A DNA stretch of 64,000 bases from Octopus vulgaris (taxonomy: Eukaryota), in assembly GCA_951406725.2 (NCBI GenBank), contig OX597818.1, forward strand, positions 57,598,001-57,662,000, written 5' to 3'. The notes beneath the pieces are model-generated. The model saw nothing but the letters and a program-made list of their open reading frames with translations, ran no database searches and was not told where the DNA came from. Position numbers and translations under genes: made by a program. How positions within the stretch are numbered: the stretch's first letter is position 1; each line of letters opens with the position of its first letter. Positions 40,823-53,245 of this stretch are shown here, piece by piece.

Positions 40823-41549
40823 AATGATGATAATAATGTGCATCATCCTCTTTATTATCTCCGAATCTCATTCACGTTTAGAATGCATTGCGATGTTTAT
40901 GTGAAATAGCATTTGCTAGAGTTAAAGATTTCAACTTCTTTGTAGCCATTATGTATTTTAACCGCCGTAATCTAACCTACGTTTCTGAGTCAGTAATAAC
41001 GATAATGTTACGATTTAATGAAATGAAATAACGAAAAACTGTATAGTCTTTAGTATAATACATACAACGTAGCAGAAAGTTTACAAATACGAAACAAAAA
41101 TCCAAAATAGAAACCAATAATATTCATAAATGGAAATAAGAATTTAAAATGTAAATAGAATAGAATGTAAATAAACATTAACGTTCGAAGGCAAATTTAA
41201 ATGATCATTTTTTTCAATAATTTTTCCCCTGATCTCCTGCTAAATCATATTTCTATGAAATACGTTCATAGAATTATATCCCAGCTAATTCTGTCGTGTA
41301 AAATACATTTATATTCCTCAGAGCGCATTAAATTTTGACATATTGCGATGATAAAAAACCTCCGCTTTATGTCTGTTAATTCATGCTTTGTGATAAAATT
41401 GCTGGAATCAGAAAATATGGTTCCAAATTTTTCTATTATTTGATTTCAAATTATTTATTATATATTTAATATTCAAAGAAGTTAGACTATTAAGCAACGT
41501 TTTCCTCTTGAGAAATTTTCAGAAAATAATATCTTTCTCACTCCAACCA

Positions 41550-41591
<42 letters not shown>

Positions 41592-43304
41592 ATTCCCTCC
41601 ATTATTTCCCATTCTCATTCACCATCTCTCTAGATATTCCTCCGTATTCTATTTCTCTTTCAATTTCCTCTTGCCCGTAAGATATTTTGACTATTAAATA
41701 TGTTTAGAATTTCCATGAGTCTTCTGGGCTCCAAGTCGCATATCTACAAACATTATAAATATAATTTGTTTGTTGAAAATTTGTTTACTTTGAAACAAAA
41801 AAATTATGAACTTAAGCGAGATATTCCTTCCCATATTTCAATTTTCTGTATTTTTGTATCCAAATGTAATTCAAGACTTTACAATTGCCGTTTTGATAAT
41901 ACCCATTATGGACAAGGTTAAGTACATTCAATTTACTAAACTACTATATTACCTCAAAACGATGACAGAGCAGCTACAGTAGGGGCGTCAAACATACAGC
42001 CTGCGGGCTGGAACCGGCTCGCGATATGACTTTGAAAAGTGTAAAAATTATATTTACTTACTTATTGTGAATGTTGACAGTTTGAGTATAGTTGATGATA
42101 ATGCCAATGATTCAATTTCTAATAGAGAAAATCTTTCTTAAATTATTTAAAGATTTGGGTTAAATATTGTATTGGAATAAATATATATATTTTTTGAAAT
42201 TAATTCAATGACTAACAACGTGTTTTCATTTTTTAGGTCGACATTTCGTTCTGTTATACCATACCCAAAATGTCTGTGACAAAAAGGAGAGAAAGATGGA
42301 TACAGAGTGTAGATTATTTCAAGAAAAATGGTCCTTTTGTCCTTTTCTTAATTATTCGTGGAGGTGAATGTGAAACCTATGTGCTTGGTGTGTTCGCAGA
42401 AGGTTTTAGTGCTGAGAGAATACAACATTTGGCGCTACTATGACACTCATCATGCCGACAAATACAATAACTTTCAAGGACAAATGAGAAGAGAGAAAGT
42501 AAATAATTTTTTGGCGGATCTGAAGAAACAGCAGTCTGCCTTAACCCAAAGCCGAGATATCAGTCAGGTAGCAATAAAAGCTAGTTACCTTGGTGCTAGG
42601 AAAATAGCATTAACATCAACGCCATACTGTGAGGGTGAGTTCCTTAAACATACATACAGAAGGCTGCAGAAATTGTATGGCCTGAGAAGCGACAGACGTT
42701 TGCCGACCCGACGAGAAATACTGCGGCAGATGGGATTTTGAGATTTTCTGCAGATTTGGACAAGCAACTGAAGCACAAAGTCAGATCATTTATTGCATTT
42801 TTTAGTTGCAATTGATAAAGCACGGACATTACGGATGTTGCGTAACTAACCATATGCATTCGTGGTCTAGATAAGACTTTGACCGTCACCGAGGTGTTCC
42901 TGGAGTTGGTTCGTATGATAGACACCAGAACAGTAAATTACATTTTCATCTCTCTGTCGTTGGAATGCTGGTCTGGGCCCGTGTTTTCAGCGTGGCTACA
43001 GATGGCATTCCATGGATGATTGAGAAAAAAGCAGGGGTTGTTACGCAGTTCAGAGAGAAAGTACAGGCAGTAAATGGAGAACGAGATTTTTGGTTATTTC
43101 ACCGCATTTTACACCAAGAGGAACTGTGTTGCAAGACGCTCAAAATGGATGACATCATGGAAGTGGTTGTCCGAACTGTTAATTTCATCCAATGAAGAAG
43201 TCTGAATGACCGACAGTTTGACAATCTTCTCAGTGTTATAGGCGTTACCTGTGGCTTGCCATATTAAACCAAGGTGAGGTCGTTAAGTCGAGGTGCCGTG
43301 TTAT

Positions 43305-43500
43305 TCTTCTATTCGTTTATTCTGTTATTCGTTTCGGTCATTAGACTGCGGCCATGCTAGAGCACCGCCTTTAGTCGAACAAATCGACCCCAATACTTAT
43401 TCTATCGGTCTCTTTGCCGAACCGCTAAGTTACGGAGACATAAACACACCAGCGTCGGTTGTCAAGCGATGTTGGGTGGACAAATACAGACACGCAAACA
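43305..43500 (-). mobile_element. Family A SINE 3' part inserted in the hAT
   Basis: gactgcggccatgctagagcaccgcctttagtcg...gccgaaccgctaagttacg. Confidence 0.88.
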
Positions 43501-43533
43501 TATACATACATACATACATACATATATATTTTG

Positions 43534-43624
<91 letters not shown>

Positions 43625-44100
43625 TATATTATCGAATTTCGATTAAAAATATTGATTTCTATATTGTTATTTGATAATTATAAGTTATGATACGTATATT
43701 TATTTACTTATTATTTCTATTATTTTTATAATTGTTTTTATCTTGTGAATTAATGTATAGCTTCATTTAATGTATATTATGTTTATATATGTATTGTTTT
43801 ATTTTGTTTTAACTGTATTTTAATTTTCCTGTAATGATATACTATAGTTTGGTATTTTTTCTTCTATAAGCTTAAATATATATATACACAGATAAAATAA
43901 ATATTTATATCTATTTATTCTAGTTTTATTTACACGACGTTTTTAAGGAGATAAATTTATTTTAAACACTATTTCCTACGTATTAAGTTTAAAGATTTTA
44001 GTTAACAAAATATATTTAATAAGATATTTTGTGTTTTTGCTTTCGGATATATTGTTAGATTTTTGTTCGATTTTTTATCGAAATATTACGTATTTATATA

Positions 44101-44498
44101 CTCTTTTATTTGTTTCAGTCATTTGACTGCGGCCATGCTGGAGCACCGCCTTTAGTCGAGCAAATCGTCCCCATGTCTTATTCTTTTGTAAGCCAAGTAC
44201 TTATCCTATCGGTATCTTTTGCTGAACCGCTAAGTTACGGGGACGTAAACACACCAGCATCGGTTGTCAAGCGATGTGGGGGGGCGCAAACACAGATACA
44301 CAAACACACATACCTATATACATATACATTTATTCGACGGGCTTCTTTCAGTTTCCGTGTACCAAATTCACTCACAAGGCTTTGGTCGGTCTGAGGCTAT
44401 AGTGGAAGACACTTGCACAAGGTACCACACAGTGGGACTGAACCCAGAACCATGTGGTCGGTAAGTAAGCTACTTACCATATAGCCACTCCTTCGCCT
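44101..44498 (-). mobile_element. Family A SINE, full length, inside the hAT
   Basis: Complete head-to-tail match to family A. Confidence 0.92.
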
Positions 44499-44578
44499 GG
44501 AAGTGCTTGTCCGCACTGTTAATATCATCCAAAGAAGTGGTCTGGATCACCGTCAGTTTGACAATCTTCTCAGCGAAA

Positions 44579-44612
<34 letters not shown>

Positions 44613-45408
44613 TTTCTTATTAAATATTATACGTGCATTTATTTAATTTTTTTATTGTTTTTATCATGGACCTGATGAGTGACTATATTTAAAGATAATA
44701 TTGACATGAATCGGTACAAAGACAATATCACGGGATTATTGCTTGAGCAAATGTTTCAGATCTTTGATAAACTTGAAAGACAGATTTCACAGTATGTCAA
44801 TCACCATTTACAGTCAACAACGTTTCTGATCTGCTTGTCAACATTCAGCTTGCTTGAAATGACTGACTTGCAACGTGATTCAGATTTGATAAAAACAAAA
44901 ACAAATTTACATGGGTGGGCATGGAAAATTTTCTTCAGTATCGCTTGACAAAGTACCCCAAATTGACAACCGTTGCTGCGAAAGTTTTGTGCATGTTTGG
45001 AACCACCTACCTTTGTGAAAAAGTTTTCTCTGCAATAAGTATCCATAAAACAAAGCTGTGCTCAAGGCTCACACATACGCACCTAAACGACATCCCAAAA
45101 TCAGCTGCTACTCAGAATTTCACGCCTGATATTGATGCACTTGTGAAGTAGAAAAATATGTTTCCGGAACATGATAAAATATAAACGATAACAAATACTA
45201 AAAGCGTTTTTTTATTATTATTTATAGATTGTATACATTTACGAGACTGTGTGATAACTCAGTCATATTTAACAGTTCCCACTTTCACTTGTTCAATGTT
45301 CCCCACCCCCGCAAAAAAAATTATTCTTTAAACATGTACATTTTCAGAATTTACTTTTTTTACACTGAAGCAAAGGGAAAACGTTTAAATTGTTATATAT
45401 AGGTTCTT

Positions 45409-46198
45409 ATTTCTTTATTGCCCACAAGGGGTTAAACATAGAGGGGACAAATAAGGACTGAGAAAGGGATTAAGTCGATTACATCGATCCCAGTGAGTAA
45501 CTGGTACTTAATTTATCGATCTCGAAAGAAGGAAAGGCGAAGTCGACTTGGGCAGAATAACGAACTCAGAACGTAAATAAAGACGGTCGAAGTACCTATT
45601 TTTTTACTACCAACAAGGGGTTAAACACAGAGGAGACAAACGCGGACAGACAAACGGATTAAGTCGATTACCTCGACCCCAATGCGTAACTGGTACTTAA
45701 TTTATCGACCCCTGAAGGATGAAAGGCAAAGTCTACCTCGGCGGAATTTGAACTCAGAACGTAGCGGCAGACGAAATACCTAATTTTTTACTATCCACAA
45801 GGGGCTAAACACAGAGAGGACAAACAAGGACAGACAAACGGGTTAAGTCGATTATATCGAACCCACTGCGCAACTGATACTTATTTAATCGACACCAAAA
45901 GGATGAAAGTCAAAGTCGACCTCGGCAGAATTTGAACTCAGAATGTAACGGCAGATGAAATACCTATTTCTTTACTACCCACAAGGGGCTAAACGCAGAG
46001 GGGACAAACAAGGACAGACATAGGTATTAAGTCGATTACATCGGCCCCAGTGCGTAACTGGTAATTAATTTATCGACCCCGAAAGGATGAAAGGCAAAGT
46101 CGACCTCGGCGGAATTTGAACTCACAACGTAACGCAGACGAAATACCGTAAAGCATTTCACCCGGCGTGCTAACGTTTCTGCCAGCTCGACGCTTTAA
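45409..46198 (-). mobile_element. Family B SINE tetramer with a 14-bp TSD
   Basis: One head plus four ~185-bp units; flanked by atatataggttctt (45395-45408) and atatataggctctt (46199-46212). Confidence 0.92.
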
Positions 46199-46694
46199 AT
46201 ATATAGGCTCTTTTGCTATGATTTTACCGGTTCGGCCCGTTTGAGATAAGATTGGGTTCATATGTGGGCTACAGAGTCGTTCAGATTGCTAGAAATAATA
46301 ACTAAACAATCTTCAACTTTGCAAATTGATGGACTATTTGTAAAACAAATATCAAGCTATATCGGAAAATCAGAGACGGGCCAGATTATGGCCATAGGCT
46401 ACTTCGAGTATAGTCGATATAATACAGCGTGTAAGTAAACTGAACTTTACAGATTCGTGCGGTTCAAGACTCTAGTAACGTATTCTTTTCATATCATTGA
46501 TGCTATTGTATGTAATCGTAAAAGAAATAATTCTTGGTAGTTTTCCTTTCTAAAAACCATGACTGCAATAAAAGTCTCAAAATATTCTTAAAATTAGTAA
46601 TAAGTGTACTTCAACCTGTGAATAGAAGTATAGTACTCTTAAGCAAAAGATTTTTGTATCACATCATATACGCACCTGTATTATGCATGTACAC

Positions 46695-46745
<51 letters not shown>

Positions 46746-46832
46746 ACCCATGGGCTGTTAAGGAGCGTCCTCGTTCGAATTGCTTTGCTGCGCCTTTGTT
46801 TTGTTTTGTTCTGACAACGTAATTCCTGGTTT

Positions 46833-46912
46833 TTCCTGAAGAGAAAGCTGCAATATGGTATCCTTATTTAATCAGAATTTGGAAAATTGTGGCCTTTGAA
46901 ACATGTGTAGAA
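46833..46912 (+). ncRNA. Minimal type-I hammerhead ribozyme-like motif
   Basis: ttc-CTGAAGA-gaaagctgcaat...attgtggccttt-GAAAC-atgt-GTA-gaa; palindrome ACATGT in stem III. Confidence 0.55.
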
Positions 46913-47135
46913 TGTAATAAAAGGAATTCTGTACAATCTTCGTTCAATTCCATTTCTCCCATTCACTAATTATATATATATATATATACATATATTTTTA
47001 ATTAAAAAATTAAAACATAAAAAAATATGTATATATATATATTATATTATATCAATTATATTAATTATATTTGTTATTTATGTATTGGTTTATGTCTATC
47101 CCTGTTTGAGTTGTATAATAGTGGTTTTATCTCTA

Positions 47136-47509
47136 ACTAGCAGTATCGCCCGGCGTTGCTCAGGTTTGTAAGGGAAATAACTATAAAGCATTTTTAGAGA
47201 GTTATAGCCAAAAAATAGCAAAAAAATTATGGTAAATTTTTTTTTGAGTTAAAAAAGGTTGAGTTGCGTCCCCTAGACAGTCTGTGGTTTGTTTCTGATT
47301 CTCGACCCCATGTCGATTTTATCGATTTTTTTTCAGAACTGGGGGAACTTTTCAAAATTTTCGCTACGTTAGTTTTGAATTATGACATTGGGCTATGTGT
47401 GTGTCAAGTTTCATCAGAATCGGTTGAAAGCCGTGGTCAGGGTGAGGGTACAAGCAAACAGACACACAGAAACACACACAGACAAACTGCCGTTTATATA
47501 TAGAGAGAT
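47136..47509 (+). mobile_element. Non-autonomous Helitron/Helentron-like element
   Basis: Same 5' end as 6005; 3' end cagacaaactgccgtttatatatagagagat. Confidence 0.7.
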
Positions 47510-47512
47510 TCA

Positions 47513-47560
<48 letters not shown>

Positions 47561-47839
47561 TTTTTCTGTGCATACACGCACATATACACATATGTATGTG
47601 TGCGCAAGTGTGTTAAAACAAAAGAGTTGTTAGTAGCTTTGTTACATATAAACGAAAAATTCATTTAGGTGCTTATCACATACTGTATAATCCAACTGAA
47701 ACTTTTACGGATGTGTAAGTCTATTACGAACGTTTACGTATTTAGATACGCTTGTCAGTGCCTTTGTTTAATTAGAATCTGTAATTGAATTATACAATTT
47801 ACATTATATAACTGAAAAGAATTTGTTGAAAATAACATA

Positions 47840-48470
47840 CAGGAGTGGCTGTGTGGTAAGTAGCTTGTTTACCAGCACATGGTTCCGGGTTCAGTCCCAC
47901 TGCGTGGCACCTTGGGCAAGTGTCTTCTACTATAGCCTCGGGCTGACCAAAGCCTTGTGAGTGGATTTGGTAGACGGAAACTGAAAAGAAGCCCGTCGTA
48001 TATATATTAATAAATATATGCGTGTGCTTCTGGGTAGTAAGGAAAATTAGGCGCAGGAGTGGCTGTGTGGTAAGTAGCTTGTTTACCAACCACATGGTTC
48101 CGGGTTCAGTCCCACTGCGTGGCACCTTGGGCAAGTGTCATCTACTATAGCCTCGGGCCGACCAATGCCTTGTGAGTGGATTTGGTAGACGGAAACTGAA
48201 AAGAAGCCCGTCGTATATATGTATATATATATGCGTGTGTGTGTGTTTGTGTGTCTGTGTTTGTCCCCCTAGCACTGCTTGACAACCGATGCTGGTGTGT
48301 TTATGTCCCCGTTACTTAGCGGTTCGGCAAAAGAGATCGATAGAATAAGTACTGGGCTTACAAAAGAATAAATCCCGTGATCGAATTGCTCGATTAAAGG
48401 CGGCGCTCCAGCATGGCCGCAGTCAAATGACTGAAACAAGTAAAAGAGTAAAAAAAAAGAGTTAAAAGAG
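47840..48470 (+). mobile_element. Two adjacent family A SINEs (5' half at 47840-48000; full copy at 48049-48470)
   Basis: Near-identical heads in tandem. Confidence 0.92.
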
Positions 48471-48598
48471 TACCTAACATAATATAACAATACTTTTATA
48501 ACAAATTGATATTGCTTCGTTTTTTTTTTTCTACATCTACATTATGTCATAAACAACTGCAGAATTCAACCTAACGGTATGAGGATTCACATATGGCA

Positions 48599-48800
48599 GC
48601 GAGATGGCAGAAACGTTAGCACGTTCTGCCGCTACGTTCTGAGTTCAAATTACGCCGAGGTCGACTTTGCCTTTCATCCTTTCGGGGTCGATTGAATAAG
48701 TACCAGTTACGCACTGGGTTCGATATAATCGACTTAATCCATTTGTCTGTCCTTCTTTGTCCCCTCTGTGTGTAGCCCCTTGTGGGTAGTAAAGAAATAA
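48599..48800 (+). mobile_element. Family B SINE monomer with a short head deletion
   Basis: Head, core and tail present. Confidence 0.88.
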
Positions 48801-50041
48801 GTATGTGGATTCTCATACGAGTTCTCATAGCGCTATTTCGTATTTCACTTCCGATACTCGAGAATTCACACAGAGTTCTAAATATATTGTTTCTATCCTA
48901 GAAATATAGATTTAAATCCCACTATATATTTATTATTATATTTCGGGATGTCAACTTTTTTTTGCCAAATAAGCACACACATTATATATTCGTTCTTCCC
49001 TTGTGTGTTATTGTTCTTATTTTATATCCATTGTGTGGAAGTCTTTCATCACACACCTATGCCCTCTTCAACGTGTCTTCATCATCCCACGTGTCTCCTG
49101 TTCTGTTCAGTCCATTCTGTCTTTCTATTGCGTGTATCCTTATCTGCTGAATGGAGAGCTGGGCATGCCGTAGGTGCTGATGTGAATATATATGCATAAA
49201 GAAGGAAAAGCCGTCTTGATTTTTATCTCTTTTCTCATATATTCGATGATTAATACACAGAAAACAAACGGTGATCTACATCGGACTTACAAATTTACAA
49301 AGACGAACACCAGCGTGCTGATTATTGTAGTACTAAATGGACGATTCGGTTAGCGGGGTTCTATTTTCGCAGTGTGCCTAAAGAGGTATTGACCAGCATG
49401 TGTCGGTGCGAATGTGTATATGAGTGTGTGTATAACTCTGATTGCTTTCAACAAATTCACCATTTAATCTCTCTATATGTTGTGATAGTTAGAGCAGATA
49501 CTTGACGAAGTTACAAAGTTTGAGTGTTTATTTTGCCTAAAAGATTAGTAAAGCTCCTTCCCACTTGCTCTCCTTTAGTAATTCTCCAAATGCGCGCGCA
49601 ATTGGAGATATACATATCAAACTACTAATTAAATTGCTGTTATTATTTAATCCAAACTGTTATGCTGTTATTTTTAATCGAAACAGGTCTGGTTCTCCCT
49701 TTTTTGGCAAGTATATTATATGACCTGAATTTTTATAATTTGACTTCTCTGGACTTCGAAATTCCTCGCAACAAAACTAGCTGAAAACCTTTTTATCTGA
49801 CAGAATTCTATCCCATATTTTTGACTTTTGAAGCATAAATGAACATCAATTAAAATATTCCATCTTACTGTGTCTAACTAGGTTCTCAGTATGTTTATTT
49901 AGTGTTATATCTAACAGCGAGACATGAATTGTGCGAGTCATAAATTGTGGAAAGAATATGCACGATAACGAGCAGGGATAGATAGCATGGTGATGTTAGA
50001 AGTAGTATTGAGTAGGATTGTTTTAAAGAATACCCCTTTTT

Positions 50042-50466
50042 CTCTCTTTTACTCGTTTCAGTCATTTGACTGCGGCCTTGCTGGAGCACCGCCTTTATTC
50101 GAGGAAATCAACTCCAGGACTTATTCTTTGGAAGCCTAGTGCTTATTCTATCGGTGTCTTTTGCCGAACCGCTAAGTTACGGGGACGTAAACACACCAGC
50201 ATCCGTTGTCAAGCGATGTTGGGGGACAAACATAGACACACAAACATACACAGACAGACAGTCAGGCAGACACACACACATATGTATATATATACATATA
50301 TACGACGGGCTTCTTTCAGTTTCCGTCTACCAAATCCACTCACAAGACTTTGGTCGGCCCGAGGCTATAGTAGAAGACATTTGCCCAAGGTGCCACGCAG
50401 TGGGACTGAACCCGGAACCATGTGGTTGGTTAGCAAGCTTCTTGCCACACAGCCACTCCTGCGCCT
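50042..50466 (-). mobile_element. Family A SINE, full length
   Basis: Complete match; accounts for ORFs at 50066-50591. Confidence 0.93.
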
Positions 50467-51776
50467 ATACCTGGCAAAATGTATTTTCAAAGAATCAATT
50501 TTATCATTTGTTTCCAGTGATAGGAATTTGTAAGGAAGCATTAAGTAAACATATATTACACCGACTTTTGAAGTTTTCAAAACCTTGTTAAGAACAATGA
50601 AAATTATTTTATTAATTACGTCAGAAACTGAAGGCTGCTTTCTGGCAAAATCTTTAGAACTAACGAAAACGTGGTTAGCGACGGTTCTTCCGACGTTACA
50701 TTATGAGTTCAAATAAGTACCACTTGAACAAAGGGGTCGATATAATTGAATTATTCACTCCTTCAAAATTGCTCGCCTTATGTCAAAATCTGAAATTATT
50801 TATGTCAGAATGTAATGCTTATAAAAACAGTGCACCAAACGCAGTTTATTCTTCAATAACTGGAAGATAATATCGTGCATACAAATGATTTCGAAGTCCC
50901 TTTCTATTGATATCAACGTCCACATCTCAAAGGGCTTTGAGATATTCATCCGGAAACACCACCATATTTTTTTTTTCTGAATCAAATATCTCACTCTTTT
51001 AAGACAACATGTCATTGCCAGAGCTTCAGGCTAGCATTTCAGCACATGCTCTGTGTGAAATTTTAAGTGAAATATTAAAGAAATGATTAACATATGCGAT
51101 TGACATTCAAATTTCTGTCCTCATTCCTGCTACTGAAAATTCAGAAGCATTGATATTAAGACTTCTTTTACCTGGTGATGCAAAAAATTGCTCATATATA
51201 AAAAACTTGCTTATCTTCTCAAAGAAATGTTTCAGCAATTATTTTTCCAAGCTAGTAACTATAGATTATGAACGAAAACCATATATTTTCCAATATATTC
51301 TGTTGATTAGAGAATACTATTATATTCTATGATTCTGTAACTTTTTATTCCATTCTTTGAGACATTCACTATTGGGAAATCTATAAAGACGGATGATTAA
51401 TGTCATGTTATTTCTTAGTGCTATATAATGGTTTCTTTCGGTCTGACAGAAACTGTATTTTCCATGCTGATATTTTGCCAATTCTACTCCGGTTTCGGAG
51501 AAGTATTTTGAAACGATAGTTAATATTTTAATATTGTTTATCGTGTCCTATATTCAGTAACGGTAATTCGCCGTGTATGTCTATGTCAGACTGTTTATAT
51601 CAAACTCAATATGCAAAATATACATTTACATACCATTGCATGATATTGTATACATGAAGTTATAATATCTACAAAGCACTGTAAAGGTACATCAATGTTT
51701 GAAGTACATCTTTATTAACTGGCGACAACGCAACCAGAAAACACAGTCATCAGTGCTTCAATGTCGTCATTAAGAA

Positions 51777-52175
51777 GGCGGCGAGCTGGCAGAACCGTTA
51801 GTACGACGGGCGAAATGCGTAGCCGTATTTCGTCTGCCGTTACGTTCTGAGTTCAAATTCCGCCGAGGTCGACTTTGCCTTTCTCCCTTTCGGGGTCGAC
51901 AAATTAAGTACCAGTTACGCACTGAGGTCGATGTAATCGACTTAATCCGTTTGTCCGTCCTTGTTCGTCCTCTCTGTGTTTAGCACCGCGTGTGTAGTAA
52001 AGAAATAGGTATTTCATCTGTCTTTACGTTCTGAGTTCAAATTCCGTCGAGGTAGACTTTGCCTTTCATCCTTTCGGGGTCGATAAATTAAGTAGCAGTT
52101 GTGTACTGGAGTCGATCTAACCGCCTGCCCCCTCCCTCGAAATATCGGGCCTTATGCTTACATTAGAAAAGAATG
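51777..52175 (+). mobile_element. Family B SINE dimer (tail-1 unit plus tail-2 unit)
   Basis: Head ggcggcgagctggcag; the second unit starts ggtatttcatctg after aagaaata. Confidence 0.92.
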
Positions 52176-53109
52176 ATGAGTCATTAAGATGTTTCCTCTT
52201 TCACTACGTCATTATAGATATATATACTTATATAACAAGTGTTCTGGCCTGCAGTCGTGTGCTGAAACCAAAGAGATTGCAGCGTGGGAAACTTCAGTTA
52301 GCCAATGAGATACTCACAAACCCCGTTAACTTCCTTTAATAACGAATGTATAATATGGTGCTGAAATTTTCGTCGATCCAAACTACGACCTGTTCACTGA
52401 CTTCATATTACAAATGTCAGCATCATACTACAAGTAAACATTTAAGTGAAGTCAAAGATCTTCCTGTGTATCCGAATGGCTAACTTATGTCCACACTGCA
52501 ATCGTTAAAACAAAATTGCTTTCTATGAATCACATTTTCCCATTAACTGGTACAGAAAACAGTTTTCAGCCGCGCGAATTGCTTATTATATAAACTTTGC
52601 AGCTGTAAAGTCAGGCAGAAGAGAGCATCTGTTTTCAAATGTGTGTAAACAATTGTTCAAATGTACCAATTAGGAATGACGTGTTGCTATAGGTGGGGTG
52701 ATGGAGACAAATCTTAGTAGAATTTCGTACAGGAACTAAATTTCCGGGTAAATTGTATTATATGACTTTCGATCACACATTCAAATTGTTTAACGTTGAA
52801 AATATCCAAACATTACTTAATTCCACTTAGTGATGAATTGTCCGTTAGAGATTTAAAACAAGTTTTCGGAGTCCTGGATACAAAAACAAGATTTATTCAC
52901 CTCAAGTATTGTATGAGGAACTTAGCACTGATAGCCTAATGTGTTACTATTGAGCAGGTCAGGTCACAAATTGTATTATTAACGTGTAATTATAATAAAT
53001 GCATGCATCAATTGTAACAAATGTGAATTAATTTATGTAACAAGCGGAAGCGCACAACTAATTCCCTTTCCGTTATTCTTTTGGTTTCTAACACACATAC
53101 ACACACACA

Positions 53110-53177
53110 TATATTGTTGTCCCTTTTTGTATCACCTACCTGTCCGAATGTTTTGCGTTCTTGTCCCATTTTGTATT

Positions 53178-53245
<68 letters not shown>

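Larger units (their letters stand above)
42270..45151 (+). pseudogene. hAT (GTF2IRD2/SPIN-like) transposase pseudogene, interrupted
   Basis: Motifs KMDTECRLFQEKW, KPMCLVC...EYNIWRYYDTHH, STDITDVA, ATDG, HRILHQEELC, EVRWLSRG-like, and the dimerisation domain MFGTTYLCEKVFS...KTKLCSRLT. Confidence 0.9.
41980..46266 (+). mobile_element. Decayed hAT transposon (Charlie/SPIN/Buster group) with nested SINEs
   Basis: 5' end taggggcgtcaaacatacagcctgcgggc; 3' subterminal ccggttcggcccgtttgagat...atgtgg; TSD-like agctacag (41972-41979) / ggctacag (46267-46274) with the central TA typical of Buster/Charlie. Confidence 0.88.

Noticed and set aside
45409-46198. Regularly spaced repeats resembling a CRISPR array
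   Set aside because: Whole ~185-bp units are homologous with no unique spacers, there are no cas genes, and the context is eukaryotic.
50066-50591. 150-155-aa ORFs with recurring 'VPRSGTEPGTMWLVSKL' peptide
   Set aside because: Antisense translation of the family A SINE.
50800-51015. 71-aa non-repetitive ORF
   Set aside because: No recognisable domain or convincing splice signals; length is compatible with chance.
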